A stretch of DNA of 64,000 nucleotides, from positions 1,736,001 to 1,800,000 of the forward strand of contig JBLDXI010000054.1 in NCBI GenBank assembly GCA_047495785.1, read 5' to 3'. A program made the translations under genes and the position numbers. Below, piece by piece: positions 1 through 12,216 of the stretch. A model generated the notes under the pieces. That model did no database searches. It saw only the letters and a list, made by a program, of their open reading frames with translations, and had not been told where the DNA came from. The DNA comes from Lepidodermella squamata (Eukaryota > Animalia > Gastrotricha). Position 1 is the stretch's first letter, and every line of letters starts with the position of its first letter.

Positions 1-2212
1 GAAAGCGTTTCTTCGTTCTCATTTGATCTCCAGCACTTGTGAACTTGGCCATTAATCCCAGTTGAATCAGGCACAAGCCCCACCATACCAACACAGCTGT
101 AGTCGAGCATCTCACAGACGAATCTTCGATGGATACCAGAAAATTGTTGGAAATCAGCAGGAAAGCACCGAGATTCAGCATAAAGTCATCCGGCCTATTC
201 ACAATCACCTTTCCAGTTTTTATCATGAAGAAAGAAGGCGGAATCAAAAGCAAGAATGACGTTACTTCAAAAAGCGAAAACAAAGTTTTAATTAGTTCAA
301 TAACAAAATCGACTTACCGCAGAAAAACAGGGTTGCCTCCATAGGTAGAATTCGTACTGGCATTACTCGGCTCTGAATCGTATCTTTGGGGGGCTTTCCG
401 TCTTTCGTGCGCCACTTAATCTTATTGCTAAAAACTACCATCGAATCATTCGGCTTGAGGTTGGATTTGTAAAAGCCGATCATTTCACGGCTTGACGTAT
501 TGTGGCGTACGATAATTTGTTGGAAAATTATTGGCATGCTGCCCGAGGACCAAGACGTGTTTCGATCGAATGAATACTCGCCTCTGAGGCCAGTCATTGA
601 GAATGCATATATCTCATTTTCTAGAATTGACAGGATTTCCGCCGGATTTGTGCGGTAATTTTCAGAGCTTGTGAACCAGTCTGACAGCGTCATGTTTCCT
701 AACAAATTTCGGATTGAAAAGCAGTTTGTAAATAAAGTTTTGCTCACGATGTTTCAGGTGAGCTTCAGTTGAGTTGAGAAGAAGGCCGATTGCAACGTAC
801 TTATCATAAAGCACCGGAATCCAGTAATCATATCCTTCAACGTGACTGGGCATTTTGACTTCATTGCGGATTGCTATATTTATATCATTCAAAGTCGCAC
901 CAGTAACATTATCTCGATGATCAGGTCCGTAAATTTCAGCCAGAGGCGCATCTCCTGCGTAAAAAGCACCGGCCAACACATCTAAAAGCATAGCCTGATT
1001 GCACCAACTGCTCAAATGAGGCGGCATTGCGTTGCTCTCATCGATCGAGTTCCACATGAACAAAAAAATAACATAACCAGGTCCGTATAAGCCATATTTA
1101 TGCAAGTAACAACCGATTGTTGGGCTGTCGGTGTTCATTGATAGGATTATTCGCGGGTCTCGTAGTTTTAGCTCAGAAAACATCGAGTCGAGCTCATACT
1201 CATCGCGAGTTGACGCCCTCAGTTTACCCATGAACGCCAGGCTTATATTTAATTTATCCAGGTTTCGTAGTAAAGGTGGTTCGAGCTGAAATAATAATAT
1301 CAAAACATGTTTGCATTATAGTGAAGGCCCTTCTCGGCACGACTATTCATTATTCCCAATTCGTAATTAAACTTTAGGAAAATGATAGGCCAAGAGTAGG
1401 GGTTATGGTTAGGGTTGGAACCCAATCCTATTCCTAACTAAGGTAGAGGCTAGTGCTAGTGTTTGAGGTGTGGAGCTAGGATTAGGTTTGGGGTTAGGGT
1501 TACCAGTGGAGGATGGATTGGGGTTAGGAGTTAGTTGGGGTAAGGTATGCATAATTACCAGATCGTTGAATCTCAGGTTGTCGGTGATAAGAGATACCCT
1601 CGTCCATCCAAGTTTGCTAACCATCCTCGCCAGAGCTAGGGTGTAATAGTCTGTACTCTCGCCTAAGAAGTAGTACGGTTGACTCGTTTTCCGTTGCTGG
1701 TAAAATGTGATATCGTTCGGAAATGCCGAGAGTGCAATGACATTGTTTGGTCGGCTTGCGTAAGCAGAAATCCGCTGAGCCACTGCAGAGCAATCCGATG
1801 AAGCGACAAGCGGGAATATTGCTTCAGATCGACCGAGACGATCCAGTTTTTCCATCAAGCTCTTCGTCACAGTTTCTGCATTGCACTGTACAAAATGTGA
1901 GCTGAACCTACATAATTGATAATAAATGCTCCTGCTCACGTTATCTCGAATCAGTTCGAACACAACGTTGTAGTTTTCCAAGAAGTTTGGCAGGGCATTG
2001 AGACGTTCAAGGGCAACGTTTACTACAGCTGTGCTTGTTGGTCCAAGGCTGTACAAACCCATGTAAATTGTATGCGCCAATATTCGAACGTCTTGCTTTT
2101 TCGGGCATCTATTCTCGAGGCTTACAAATGGTGGCATTGTAACGTTCATTTCCAACTTGCTGAATACTGTTGGAGTAAATGTCAGGGCGAGAAGAGGTAG
2201 AAACACAAACAT
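1..2212 (-). CDS. GABA-B-like class C GPCR (VFT + 7TM), intron-containing, 3' end runs off the left window edge
   Basis: Signal peptide MFVFLPLLALTF and VFT-like motifs (ALERLN..NFLENY, LGWTRVSLI). Linker W..KDGKPPKD. GT-AG introns 1886-1939, 1286-1558, 699-747 and 265-317 join the ORFs in frame. Last exon gives TM1-TM3 (RCSTTAVLVWWGLCLIQLGLMAK). Confidence 0.8.
1390..1545. repeat. Degenerate TTAGGG/GGTTAG-like simple repeat inside intron 1286-1558
   Basis: Repeated ggttaggg/ggattagg units. Explains the PNPNP tail of ORF 1409..2212. Confidence 0.7.
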
Positions 2213-2871
2213 TATTTTTACACTTATGCTAGCAGTTTGGAATTTTATGTGAGTATATTTGCAGAACTCTGGGATAACGCAGTAACTCCTAGGAAAGCTA
2301 ATTACTCAACATTCTTGCCCTCAGCGCGGCGATTTCTGTCATGCTTCCACGCAGCAAACAGCCGCTGTTATTGCCTCAATTAGATGAAAGCGGGGTTGGC
2401 AAAGGGTCTTCATTTTCATGCTGTACGTGACGATGATGAAAGCTATGGCTCTGCCAAATCCCGGGTGATTGAAGTGACGATTCATGAACCCGATACCGAT
2501 AGTCAATTTGGCTAGACTTAAACAACATGAAATCGATTTTCAGAAACCTGGGAATTATTACACCAATTCATGAATTGTGAGACATTTTGGTTCAAAAACT
2601 CAGATGTGAAAAATGGGACATTTTGAGTGTCAGCATACTATGATTCTTCATTTCATCCATCGGCAAAGCCTTCCTCGTTTCATTATTTAGGCTGAGGCGA
2701 AACATCTCATGTCTGAGAGTTCCTTCGTTTTAGCCCTTACTCGCTCATTTTCCAAGCCTTTGATACTATGCTGTAACCACCTCTAAGGTTTGCGTAACCG
2801 TGTAGAAGAGGTAATGCTACAACACAACACACAAGTTAAGAAAAAATCCATCCTAAAATAAATTTGAGAAC

Positions 2872-5444
2872 ATGCTATCTGCTCAGAATTATCTAAAAAC
2901 CCAGCAACTCAAGCCCACGATGGCTGCCCTCATTCCCGATAATCCTGAACTCGTTTCGGCTCGTTCGCCAGACGCGATGAAGTCCTTTGGTTTCTACTGC
3001 GTCGCTTCCGCTAACAATGCCAGGATAGGTCACATTTCTGAGTGGAGTGTTACCGCATTCGCCGACTCAAACGGTTTACGTGTGTTCCACTGCACGCGGG
3101 GAGATAAATTCGCCGCTTTTGCTAGTAACGCTAGAACAAAGCTCATGTTGGAAAACCATGAAATCCATTTGATCGCCGCTTTTTCCTTAGATGATAGCCG
3201 CCAGAATAGCCCTAAAAACGTAATTATCACTCTACCTAGCCGAGACGAAGCATTGGAATTCTTTCGAAAAATCACCGCGTTTATTGGTCCAATTACAAGC
3301 AGATATTGCTTCGCTTCCTTCCACTCTGGTCGAAGGCGAGTTCCGAAGACTGATGAGTTCAACGACGAGTCGTATTTCAGACGGATAACCGCCTCAAATT
3401 GGGTTCCGGGTGGATGGGCGCCAATTTCAGAATTCATAAAATTACCCCACTTCCCTTCGGAAGAAGTGATACTGGAACAGGTGATTCAAACAATTCTAGA
3501 GGGTGGCAGGTGCTATCAGCACGGAAAATCTTGGCAACAGCACGACCATCCCGTATCAGTCAAAACCTATTGCGATCTGAACGACCTCGCAATCGAGCGA
3601 CTAGTTAAGCGGAGCAACTTAAACCTACATGATATAACCGTACATTTCGAACAGCCTTTCCACATTCCCCACTGCCTTCGAGGCAACGATGGGAAAGCAC
3701 AAATCCTGTATCAGTTTAACCGACATTTTCCTGATTTAACGGCCTTACTTATGATGGACAAGTTTCGAGAAGTAACAATTGAGGTTTTCCATCACTTCAT
3801 GATGTCACGACTTTTCTATCTACCCGGTGTTTCATGGATCAGTGGCCACCAATCTGAACCGGTCTGGTGTTACAACCTGTCTGAAGAAGAAGATTCGGTT
3901 AATGTTTTGACTCAGAGCCTGATCTTCCTCCCGAATAATTTGATGCAGACAGAACGGGGAGTTCGAATGTTCTTGACCGTTGGCATAATCATGGAACAAT
4001 CAGCGAACTCCATGTCGGATTTGATGGCGAGAATCGTGGATTTGCTCGTATTCACGACGGAATCTAATCGAGGCGCTGAGCCACCTTTACCTCATTCCAG
4101 ATGGCTAAGAGCTGTTGAGTTGGGCCGACCAGTCGGGGAGAGAACGGGGAGGTTTGACATAACGAATTCAAAAGTTCATTGGTTGCTAGCAGTTGACGTC
4201 AAGTCGACTGCCCTCCAAGCCGACCATATGCATAATCGAAGAGTAAGCTTTTTCATTGTTTTTTCCTTATAACCAGCCTTGTTTAGGTTATTGCTGAGGC
4301 CTCGGATGTAGCTGTCCATGGGGTGCCCGATACTTGGGGCCACATTCAGGAAGTTCGCACAACCCTGCCTCCTTTGAACCCGCTTCTGATACGCGCAAAT
4401 GTGCTAGTCACCTCGGACAACATGGGGAATCGAACTCTTCACCTTGAGCCAACATTCAAAAGCAAAGACGTCAGCCTTAATATTGTGAAGCTCAGTTATG
4501 ACCTTGACCCTGGTCGTTGCCGTATTCTGCCGGCTAATGGCATGTCAAATGCTGTACAAATCTGTTACATTGATCACAGGGAGCAAGCGGAAATCACGCC
4601 GATAATAGGCTTGGCTTTCAAATCCAGTAATGAACTAGCCTTGTTTCTTCGAGAAATCAAAGGATTCATTGGCCAGTTGGACTATCGAAGCCCTGATAAT
4701 GTGGTTGGATTTTGTGAGCCATTCAATAACCCGCCGACACCTGTGGATCCCAACTTTGAAGAACAATTGGAAATTGGCGGTTTCATTGGCTTCAAAGAGG
4801 CCGAGAGGATCATTAAGGATTTGATCGGCGACATAGGCCTGCAGGACAATCCCTCTTCAATTGAGATGTTTTGGCGAATGAATGATGCTGATATCATTGC
4901 AACTCATCGGAGCTCGTCTCTACGCCTGAGAATCAATTCAGTGTACTTTGAAGCCCCGTTCAATAAACCCCATTACTATTTCCAAGGGTTACTTGATCCC
5001 ACAAGCAATTGGATAGGTCCGGTTGTAAGCGAAACTACAGACGTCACGTCGGAGAATTTGAAAGCCTTGAAAACTAAACTAGCGTCCGAGGCATCAGATT
5101 TTCCAGCATTACTAGCTACAAATCCAGAGGCTGTCCCCGCATGGGCTGTCACGTTTACAACTGAAGTTCGAAGTGGAAAGCGATTCATCAAACTTTCGCC
5201 TCTTGTAGTCATGATCCCATTGAAAGAAGCTAGGCGAGATACAATTTGCATATTCAAAACAGCCATTCTCGAATTGCTTCCAGACTACGACGGTGGTTTC
5301 AAATGGGCCTCGAAAGAAGTTGTGCTTGCTTTCACGCAACGAGATTATGGTAAGCTGAGCTTGAAATACCGCTGGATACGGCTGATCGATAATGATTGGA
5401 ATGCTCCAAGTGTTGACTACGCTCTATTGCTTATTCCAGAATAG
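2872..5444 (+). CDS. Uncharacterised ~840 aa protein made of two diverged internal repeats, each possibly starting with a PH/EVH1-like domain
   Basis: ORFs 2872..4272 and 4323..5444 join in frame via phase-0 GT-AG intron 4243-4286. The halves share motifs (HFEQPFHIPH/YFEAPFNKPH, RWLRAV/RWIRLI). Confidence 0.7.
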
Positions 5445-5899
5445 AAAACATCTACTGTAAAATGTGCTCATTTTCTATTAAAATAGGGTAAATTTCGCAA
5501 TTGGATCATTTTTGATAAGGTAATAGATTATAGGTTAGGTTATAGGTTAAACGGCATGAAAACAAAACAAGGATGCCCTAACTACCTATTTTTCAAATTT
5601 GATTTGAAGTAGCGACGATTCGAGCCTATCCTTTTTGAGCATCATTTGCTTTGGACTCTTCAGCTCTAAAATATATAAACTTTCGCTACCCCCTAAACCT
5701 AGGTAAAGCTTCTATTGAAAAACTGAAAAATCACCCTTTTTTGCTGCGAGTTGATCAAATTTCCGATTGCCGATTAAGACGTAAGACGTGGTGCAGTTCT
5801 TTCTCTTCAACCTCGGCTCGTTTTTTGAAGTCTGTCAGCTGTCGGCAATAACAGTTGATGCAAACTGCTCACATCGCATGGAATAAGAATGCTATTCAT

Positions 5900-6035
5900 G
5901 AGACACCATGAGATTCATAGCATGATAACTTTCAACACAGAACAATGGGAATAATGCTTAAAAGAACGGTTCCGAAGATCAGTTTTCCATCCCGAAAATC
6001 ATGTTTAAAATAAATGAATCCTGATTTTCCCATTT
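5900..6035 (-). pseudogene. Remnant of exon 1 of the Ly6/three-finger gene (copy of ~18790-18935)
   Basis: caccatgagattc.tagcatga... aligns to the intact gene but carries a frameshift and stop, and exon 2 is missing. Confidence 0.65.
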
Positions 6036-6258
6036 TTATTCATAGCATTAGGTAGATATTTGATCATCAGATCAAGAGTTTTTCCTTCTCCTTTAACCCA
6101 CAATATCATGAGGGGTTGGTCATTCGGGAAGGTAAATAAAGTAGGCCGCAAGCTTCCGCCGAATCCCCAATAGGAAAGCGTCGATAATGTTTCTTGTTTG
6201 GATTGCAATTCATTTTTCATTTGATTTTATATGGAAATGGGCGAAAGACAGCCCTTAT

Positions 6259-7558
6259 TCAAACTGACGTTCTGTTCGCGTCTATATCCAAGCCACTGAA
6301 CACCCGACTCTTCTCACCAGCCGTGTAATCGATTAATATCAGAAAATAAGTCATTAGAGTCGCTAAAAGCTGTAAAAATTAGACAAAAGTTAGACATCAT
6401 TTCAGGACGAAAAAAATGACTTACAGCAAAGACAATTTTCCGCCTGAGTTTGATCAATCCGACTAGTGTCAGACAAACATGGTTACTCTTGACTTGATGC
6501 AATAATATCGACAGCTGAAGCAGAGTTGGCGTATCTCTTGTAAGGTAACGCAGCCGGAATAATTTGGTTCTAACGCGTTCCGATGAGCGCTCAAGGTATG
6601 AAGAAGGGCCCAAGATTAGATAAAAAGCCAATATCGATGTAAATGCCCAGATTGCCTCAAAAAACTTGAGCAAAGGTGTCGAAGCCATGACAATACCATA
6701 AATGTGTTTCAGAGTGCCTAAAAAGCCGAAGCCAATTGTCAAAAAAGTCGCAGGGTGGATAGCTCGATCTAAATGGCGGACAGTTCGCATTAATTCACAG
6801 TGCCTAGTCTGGATTGTCTCGATCAGCCAGATGTCCGTATTTTTCTTCGCTATGTCGAACAAATCGCCTTTCGCGAGTTTCGCTATGAAATTCCCCAGTG
6901 CGACGAACTTCCACGCAACGAGAATTGCACATGCCGATATTGTAAAAAGTGAGAAGACTAAACCGGTATCAGAAACGAAGCTGAAAGCAACCCATGAAAC
7001 ACTGAGAATGTAGTAAAGATCGGTGCGGTTTCGCGGAATCAGCATATCTAGAGGGGTAGACCAACCGGGCACAGCTGATGGCTTCAAACCGAGCGCTGTA
7101 GCTACGAATATAGTGTTTGACCCATACAAAATCCAGCCGAAGAAGAAAGCTAGAATGAAGAGTCTGTTGCGTCGTTTAAGGTACTGCTCAGCGACTTCTG
7201 GTCCGAAAATGGCGGCATCGATAGTTTCAAACACAATTGGCTGAAATTTGTTACGCAAAGACCCAATAACCATTACGGTCCTCACGGTTGCACAGGCAGT
7301 GTAATGTGTTGTCAAAACTATCAAAGTGAACGTCATTTCTATGCTGCTGGAATGTGACGTTTCACTTGCGTAGGGCCATGCAAGTGACGAAGCTATCCGC
7401 CCGGCATTCAGCCAGGCAATCAGGATGAGGATGATGCAGTAAGCCTTGTAGTAGGTTCCGCAGCTTTTGTCTGGATCTCGGTTCCAATTTGGCGCCAAAC
7501 CAAGATATCTGCAACAGATGAGGAAAGGCTTCAGGGTCAAGTCTGACAGTTCAGACAT
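6259..7558 (-). CDS. Gustatory receptor-like (GRL / 7TM ion channel superfamily) protein, ~414 aa
   Basis: Multi-TM ORF. Phase-0 intron 6370-6424 gives C-terminus ...LTLVGLIKLRRKIVFA|LLATLMTYFLILIDY, matching the TM7 TYhhhhhQF signature of insect Gr/GRL. Confidence 0.85.
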
Positions 7559-7872
7559 AATATCCGCTTTAAATTTTGTCCGAAATTCGAAAATTCGAAA
7601 CACTTCTCTTCGCGCCTATGTCGTTCACATCGTCAAAAGACCGTTAATTATTTACTAAGAGTATTCTAGCTTTTCAATAAGTGCGTGCACGTCGCCAATT
7701 AATGAAGGGCTAAAGTGGGGGTGATGATGACTGTGTGCATGTGCGGCATTTTCACGTGAAAGATAGCAAACACTAATAGTAGGCTTGATCCCCCTCATCA
7801 AGGTGGCTATAATAGCTAAGTGTGATGAAATTTACGCCCCACACCTTAATGTTGGCACGAAAAATCGCTAAA

Positions 7873-9475
7873 ATGAAAATTGAAATTCTCTATTTTACAA
7901 TAACTATTATTGTCTTCGATGATAATCCGAGTAAAGCGGATGATGACTCATCGGAGTATGTGAGACAGTTCGAGCCTCATTATTGCAAGTAGCGAGAAAA
8001 AACCGAACATCAAGATTTTTCGCTCTTCCGAACGAGTTTCCATGGACGGTAGGACTTCATAAATGCATGGATTTTCTCATTTCTCATTGATTAAGGCTCG
8101 CTTGGAAACATTTTTTCCCGACACTCAAACTCGGCGGTTCTCTGAGGGAGTGCTAATATCGCCTTGTTGGATCCTAACAGCAGCCCATCCATGAATGGAT
8201 CCATGAAAACATCGGCTCTTTCCCTATAACACTCATGAGAGATTCGAACAGGCACCAAGGTAACACGCCGCTATTCCATAACGTTCAATCCTAATTTTGC
8301 TTTTCAAAGAGTGCGGATCGTACCCTCTGGTGTACAATGGTGTTGTTACAGCTTTTGGCAACGCTTCAGGCTGGCAGGTGAAATGTGACAATGGATTTTT
8401 TACTACGGCCGGGTCATCATACGGCTGGCTTGGATGTGTTGGTGGGGTACGGCGACAAAACAGCAACTTCGCAGAACAGCAAACGCGACAAAACAGCAAA
8501 TTTTTTATTTCGCGACAAAACAGCGAAAACTTCTGTGCAAAAGATGCACCGTGTTTCTGCTGTTATGTCGCAAGTTGTAAAATTTGCTGTTTTGTCGCGT
8601 TTGCTGTTTCGGGTATTTGCTGTTATGACGGTCTGCCGTTGGTGGCATTTGGGTCCAAGATAATCCTTGTGTTCGAAAAATTGAGCCTAACTAGTTCCGA
8701 GGCTCTTCTTTATTGAAAAATTCCGGATTCTAATTCTGTCCAACTGGCCACTACGATTGAAGTGGTAATTCATTCATAACTAAGTTTTTTGATCTTTCGC
8801 CTTGATCACTCAACCTTTTTAGGATCACCAGGAGCTGAGGCGTTTATTTGGCGAGGCTTGTGTTACTGGAGACATTACCAGTTTCCAAAATGTCTACGCC
8901 CAACTAAGAGCCGCGGAACCTGACATGGGGAAACTAATTCGTTGGCGAGACCCTGCAATAAACTGCTCCTGTTCAATCTGCCTACAGAACTCTACTTTCC
9001 TCCTCAAAACCCTCCAATGTAACGCGCAGGATGTCGACGTAATTGCCAGCCTCCTCATTGACCTCGGAGTCGATTTCAATGTCCCAGAGGCCTATTCCAA
9101 CAAAACAGCTCTTATCTTCGCTTCTCAGTTGGGTAGGGCGGATGTAGTTAGAATTCTGTTGAGAAAACGGGTCAATATCGCACATCTACGGCCTTTCTGC
9201 TCTGATCTACGCCACGAGGCAGGGTTTCATACAAGTTGTCAGATCTCTGCTATCATCTGGCGCGAATGCGAATGAAATCATTGTTGGAGGATCGACTCCC
9301 CTAATCATTGCTTCGGTTAACAATAGGACATCGGTCGCAGAGATTCTACTTCAAAACGGGGCGAGAAATACAATTGATCGACTAGATGAAATTTTCGGGA
9401 AAAGCGCGCTGATGCATGCTGTTAGCGGAAAATTCTTTGATCTGGCGCGAGTTTTACTTCGAAATGGAGCAGCAA
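7873..9475 (+). pseudogene. Pseudogene copy of the trypsin-like/CCP/ankyrin gene
   Basis: Relative to 20722-23014: frameshift in exon 1, most of the protease domain deleted at ~8190, MITE inserted in the CCP exon, frameshifting deletion at ~9185, truncated at ~9470. Confidence 0.85.
8446..8637. mobile_element. Palindromic MITE with 8-bp TSD (Merlin- or MULE-like)
   Basis: TSD gttggtgg at 8438-8445 and 8638-8645. Imperfect TIRs GGTACGGCGACAAAACAGCAA / revcomp GGCAGACCGTCATAACAGCAA. Internal cgacaaaacagc repeats. Absent from the paralogous site at ~21880. Confidence 0.85.
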
Positions 9476-9523
9476 TACCCGTAAATATTATTTTATTAAT
9501 AATAAAAGTCTTTCTATTCACAT

Positions 9524-10695
9524 TTAGGCCATCATCAAGCTTACTATGATAACATCGAAGATAGTCATGATTATACTGATTGCGATGAAAAATGCTCTGT
9601 CGATGAAAATCAGGCCGCATATTTTGTTTCTGGAACAGTTTTGAGCTGTTAGGCATAACATCACCAGGCTATAGATTGATATTAAAAACCCTGCGAGAAA
9701 TTGAACGAGGATGAAAATTGTAATGTAAGACACCTTAGCAGTTTCTGGTAAGAGGCTCGAGATTGTGGTTTGAAGGAACAAATCCGTGAGCAGCACTAGT
9801 TCAAAAGACTCGTAAAGAGATTAAACTGAGCTTGATAAAAGAACTTACAAGTGACACTGTAGATAGCTCTTTCAGTATCATCATGACTGATTAATCCAGT
9901 CATGCATTGCAGAATCTGAAGAGCAAACCATGGTATGAAGATGTTCGCGACATATGTTGTACTTTTTCGCTTGAAACTGAACTCTATTATGACTCGGCCG
10001 AACTTCTTTGAAGATCCCGGCATTTCGACGGTGTTATTTCTGTAAGTTAGACTGATCAGTTCCCAAACATCAGTTTTACCAGTGAAATTTCCATTAGCTA
10101 TCCAAAGAGAGTCGGGATTCATGTGAAAATTGAAGCGATTCGTATTTTGAGTCGACTCGAAAATAATTTCGCAATTCTGGGTATCAAAGGGGAATTTCAC
10201 AAAATTCATCTCGCATATAGTGCTGAATTCTTTAGGGATCATCCAAGAAACACTTGCGTCGGAATAAAAGTAAATATATGTTGACTGCTGAACAGTCTCG
10301 AAGGGCATTAAATCGGTTGCCCCATTGATCAGAACAATGACTGGATGCCATAACTTGCTTGCTTGGAATCGGACACAGGAAACGTCTCTGTGTATTGGAT
10401 CATCGGACCAGACAGTGCACGGATGACTCCATTTTATCTCCACCCTTGCCGTAAATATGAAAGTCTCATCGCGATCAATGAGGCTGCGGAACTCAATTGC
10501 GGTGAACATCATATTTATGTCGAGTGGAGTGCTGAAATTCAAGGATGGGCGAGATTGGCTTAAAAGATCGCATTTCTGAGTGAAAAGTTCCAACAAGTAC
10601 CCCTCATGGGACTGAAATGTTCTCTCCGGTGAAAGACTACAACATATTCCAGTTGAAAACGCAATATTCAAAGCAGCAATTGCAACGAGATGCAT
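9524..10695 (-). CDS. Atypical Cys-loop ligand-gated ion channel subunit A (~372 aa)
   Basis: Signal peptide, Cys loop CEMNFVKFPFDTQNC, intron 9796-9848 inside M2, four TM helices with a very short M3-M4 loop. Confidence 0.9.
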
Positions 10696-11264
10696 TGTTA
10701 AAATCAGAGGTATGTCTAGTATGTGGAAGCAACCTATTAGGTGCCTATCAGCCGCTGCAGATATTTCACAATATTTCGAGCTGTTCTTCATTTCTGACAA
10801 CTCGGAAATGAGGTGGTCATATGTTTCTTTTGATGTGAGCATGTCAAATAAAAATGAGTTTTGTACGTAGGCCCGACGTTCAAAACTAATAATTATTCGT
10901 CGGGGAATGACTCCAGGATGTTAGCTCAATGATTGAATCTACAATAGTGAAATCGTCTGAGCTTGAAAAAAGCAGGTCACAAAATCTCTGAAGGTTAAAT
11001 TCGAAGTTATAGGCGGCATAGTGATGGAGAACCAATTACATGATTCCTATGTTACTGGCGAGCCAAATACCGCTTAATACTGAGAACTGAGAAGTGGCGG
11101 TAATTCAGTCGCTAATTCGCAAGTTTTTATGAGTAAACACCAGTGCTTTGGATCTGATTTGAGTTGATTTGATTTAGACCATATTTTCACTGATTTAGAT
11201 TTAAAATGATTGATTTACGCGGGGAAGCATTTTGATTTACCCCTTGGTCATGCAATCGAAAAAC

Positions 11265-11342
11265 TTGAGACAATCCGATCCTCATTATTGCAAGTAGCGA
11301 TGCTAAACCGGACATCAGGATTGAGTTCCCATGGACGGTATG
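11265..11342 (+). pseudogene. Small third fragment of trypsin-like gene exon 1
   Basis: ttgagacaatccgatcctcattattgcaagtagcg...ccatggacggta matches ~20803-20895. Confidence 0.6.
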
Positions 11343-12216
11343 ACGTTAAAATTTCGTGGATTTTGTCATTTGTAATCATTCACCCTCTATAACCGCGGCA
11401 TATAGATATCTTTCCGGGAAAATTATTCTGACTTAATACTTAATATGTTGACTAACATTAATACGTAGATCAGGAAAACTAGTAAAAATAAGGTATTAGC
11501 TAGCAAGACTAGCTAGCGGATAGCTGTCGAATTTACGTCATTTGTCATCGACTTGTACCGAAAAGTCAAAAATGCATCATGTCGGTACAAGTCGATACTA
11601 GTTATCGTTCGCTGGGTTATGCTGGATATTCTCGGGTTTTGATCCAGCTTCGACGACCAATTTTGCAATCAACAGAGCTAAAACTTGCACAGGGGACCCT
11701 TTGCTTTCTTCGGCTAGGTGCTAGAACCTTGTTAAAAAACACCTCAGCTCCCGGATCCTACTTCGCACACTGCTCGCAATATACCAACGACTTGTGCGCG
11801 AACGAATGCTACTTTACTTTCTAAACGAGGAATATCGGGAGGTAAGCGACAGGTAGACACGAATTACTGAAGAGATGAGAGGTAACTCGTCTAAAACCAG
11901 AACTTGGACTTCACACTACTAAACCCACTAGAGCATGGCGTGGGAAGGTTTCCTATCTCGGAGGGGGGTTTAGCAGGAGATGCTCAACCACGCCTCACGA
12001 TTTTCCATGTTGATAAGATGACTCATACGTTAGCAACACCCATTTTACAATACCACAATATCACAGCATAATATCTACTGACACAGTATCAGTAACAAAT
12101 GGTCTGTTCTTATTCAAACATATGGAGGCTATAGATAAGCCCCGCCTAAAATAGGCTATATAAAGGAAGCTGAAACTAGGTAAGAAGCAGCTATATATAC
12201 CGCAACAAGCGATATC

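Larger units (their letters stand above)
5900..11095. repeat. Segmental duplication, copy 1 (LU remnant - GRL - protease/ANK pseudogene - pLGIC)
   Basis: Colinear high similarity, including intergenic DNA, with ~18790-24625. Confidence 0.9.

Noticed and set aside
1409-1558. PNPNP-rich C-terminus of ORF 1409..2212
   Set aside because: Translation of an intronic TTAGGG-like repeat; the splice donor is at 1558.
6702-7244. Antisense ORFs overlapping GRL, pLGIC and GPCR genes (here and throughout)
   Set aside because: Shadow ORFs of real coding strands with no independent motifs.
8233-8716. ORFs 8297..8716, 8385..8663 and 8233..8499 as novel Cys-rich proteins
   Set aside because: They read through a MITE inserted in a pseudogene exon.
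9796-10842. pLGIC ORFs as soluble AChBP-like or single-TM proteins
   Set aside because: A conserved phase-1 intron in M2 links each to a downstream M2-M4 exon.
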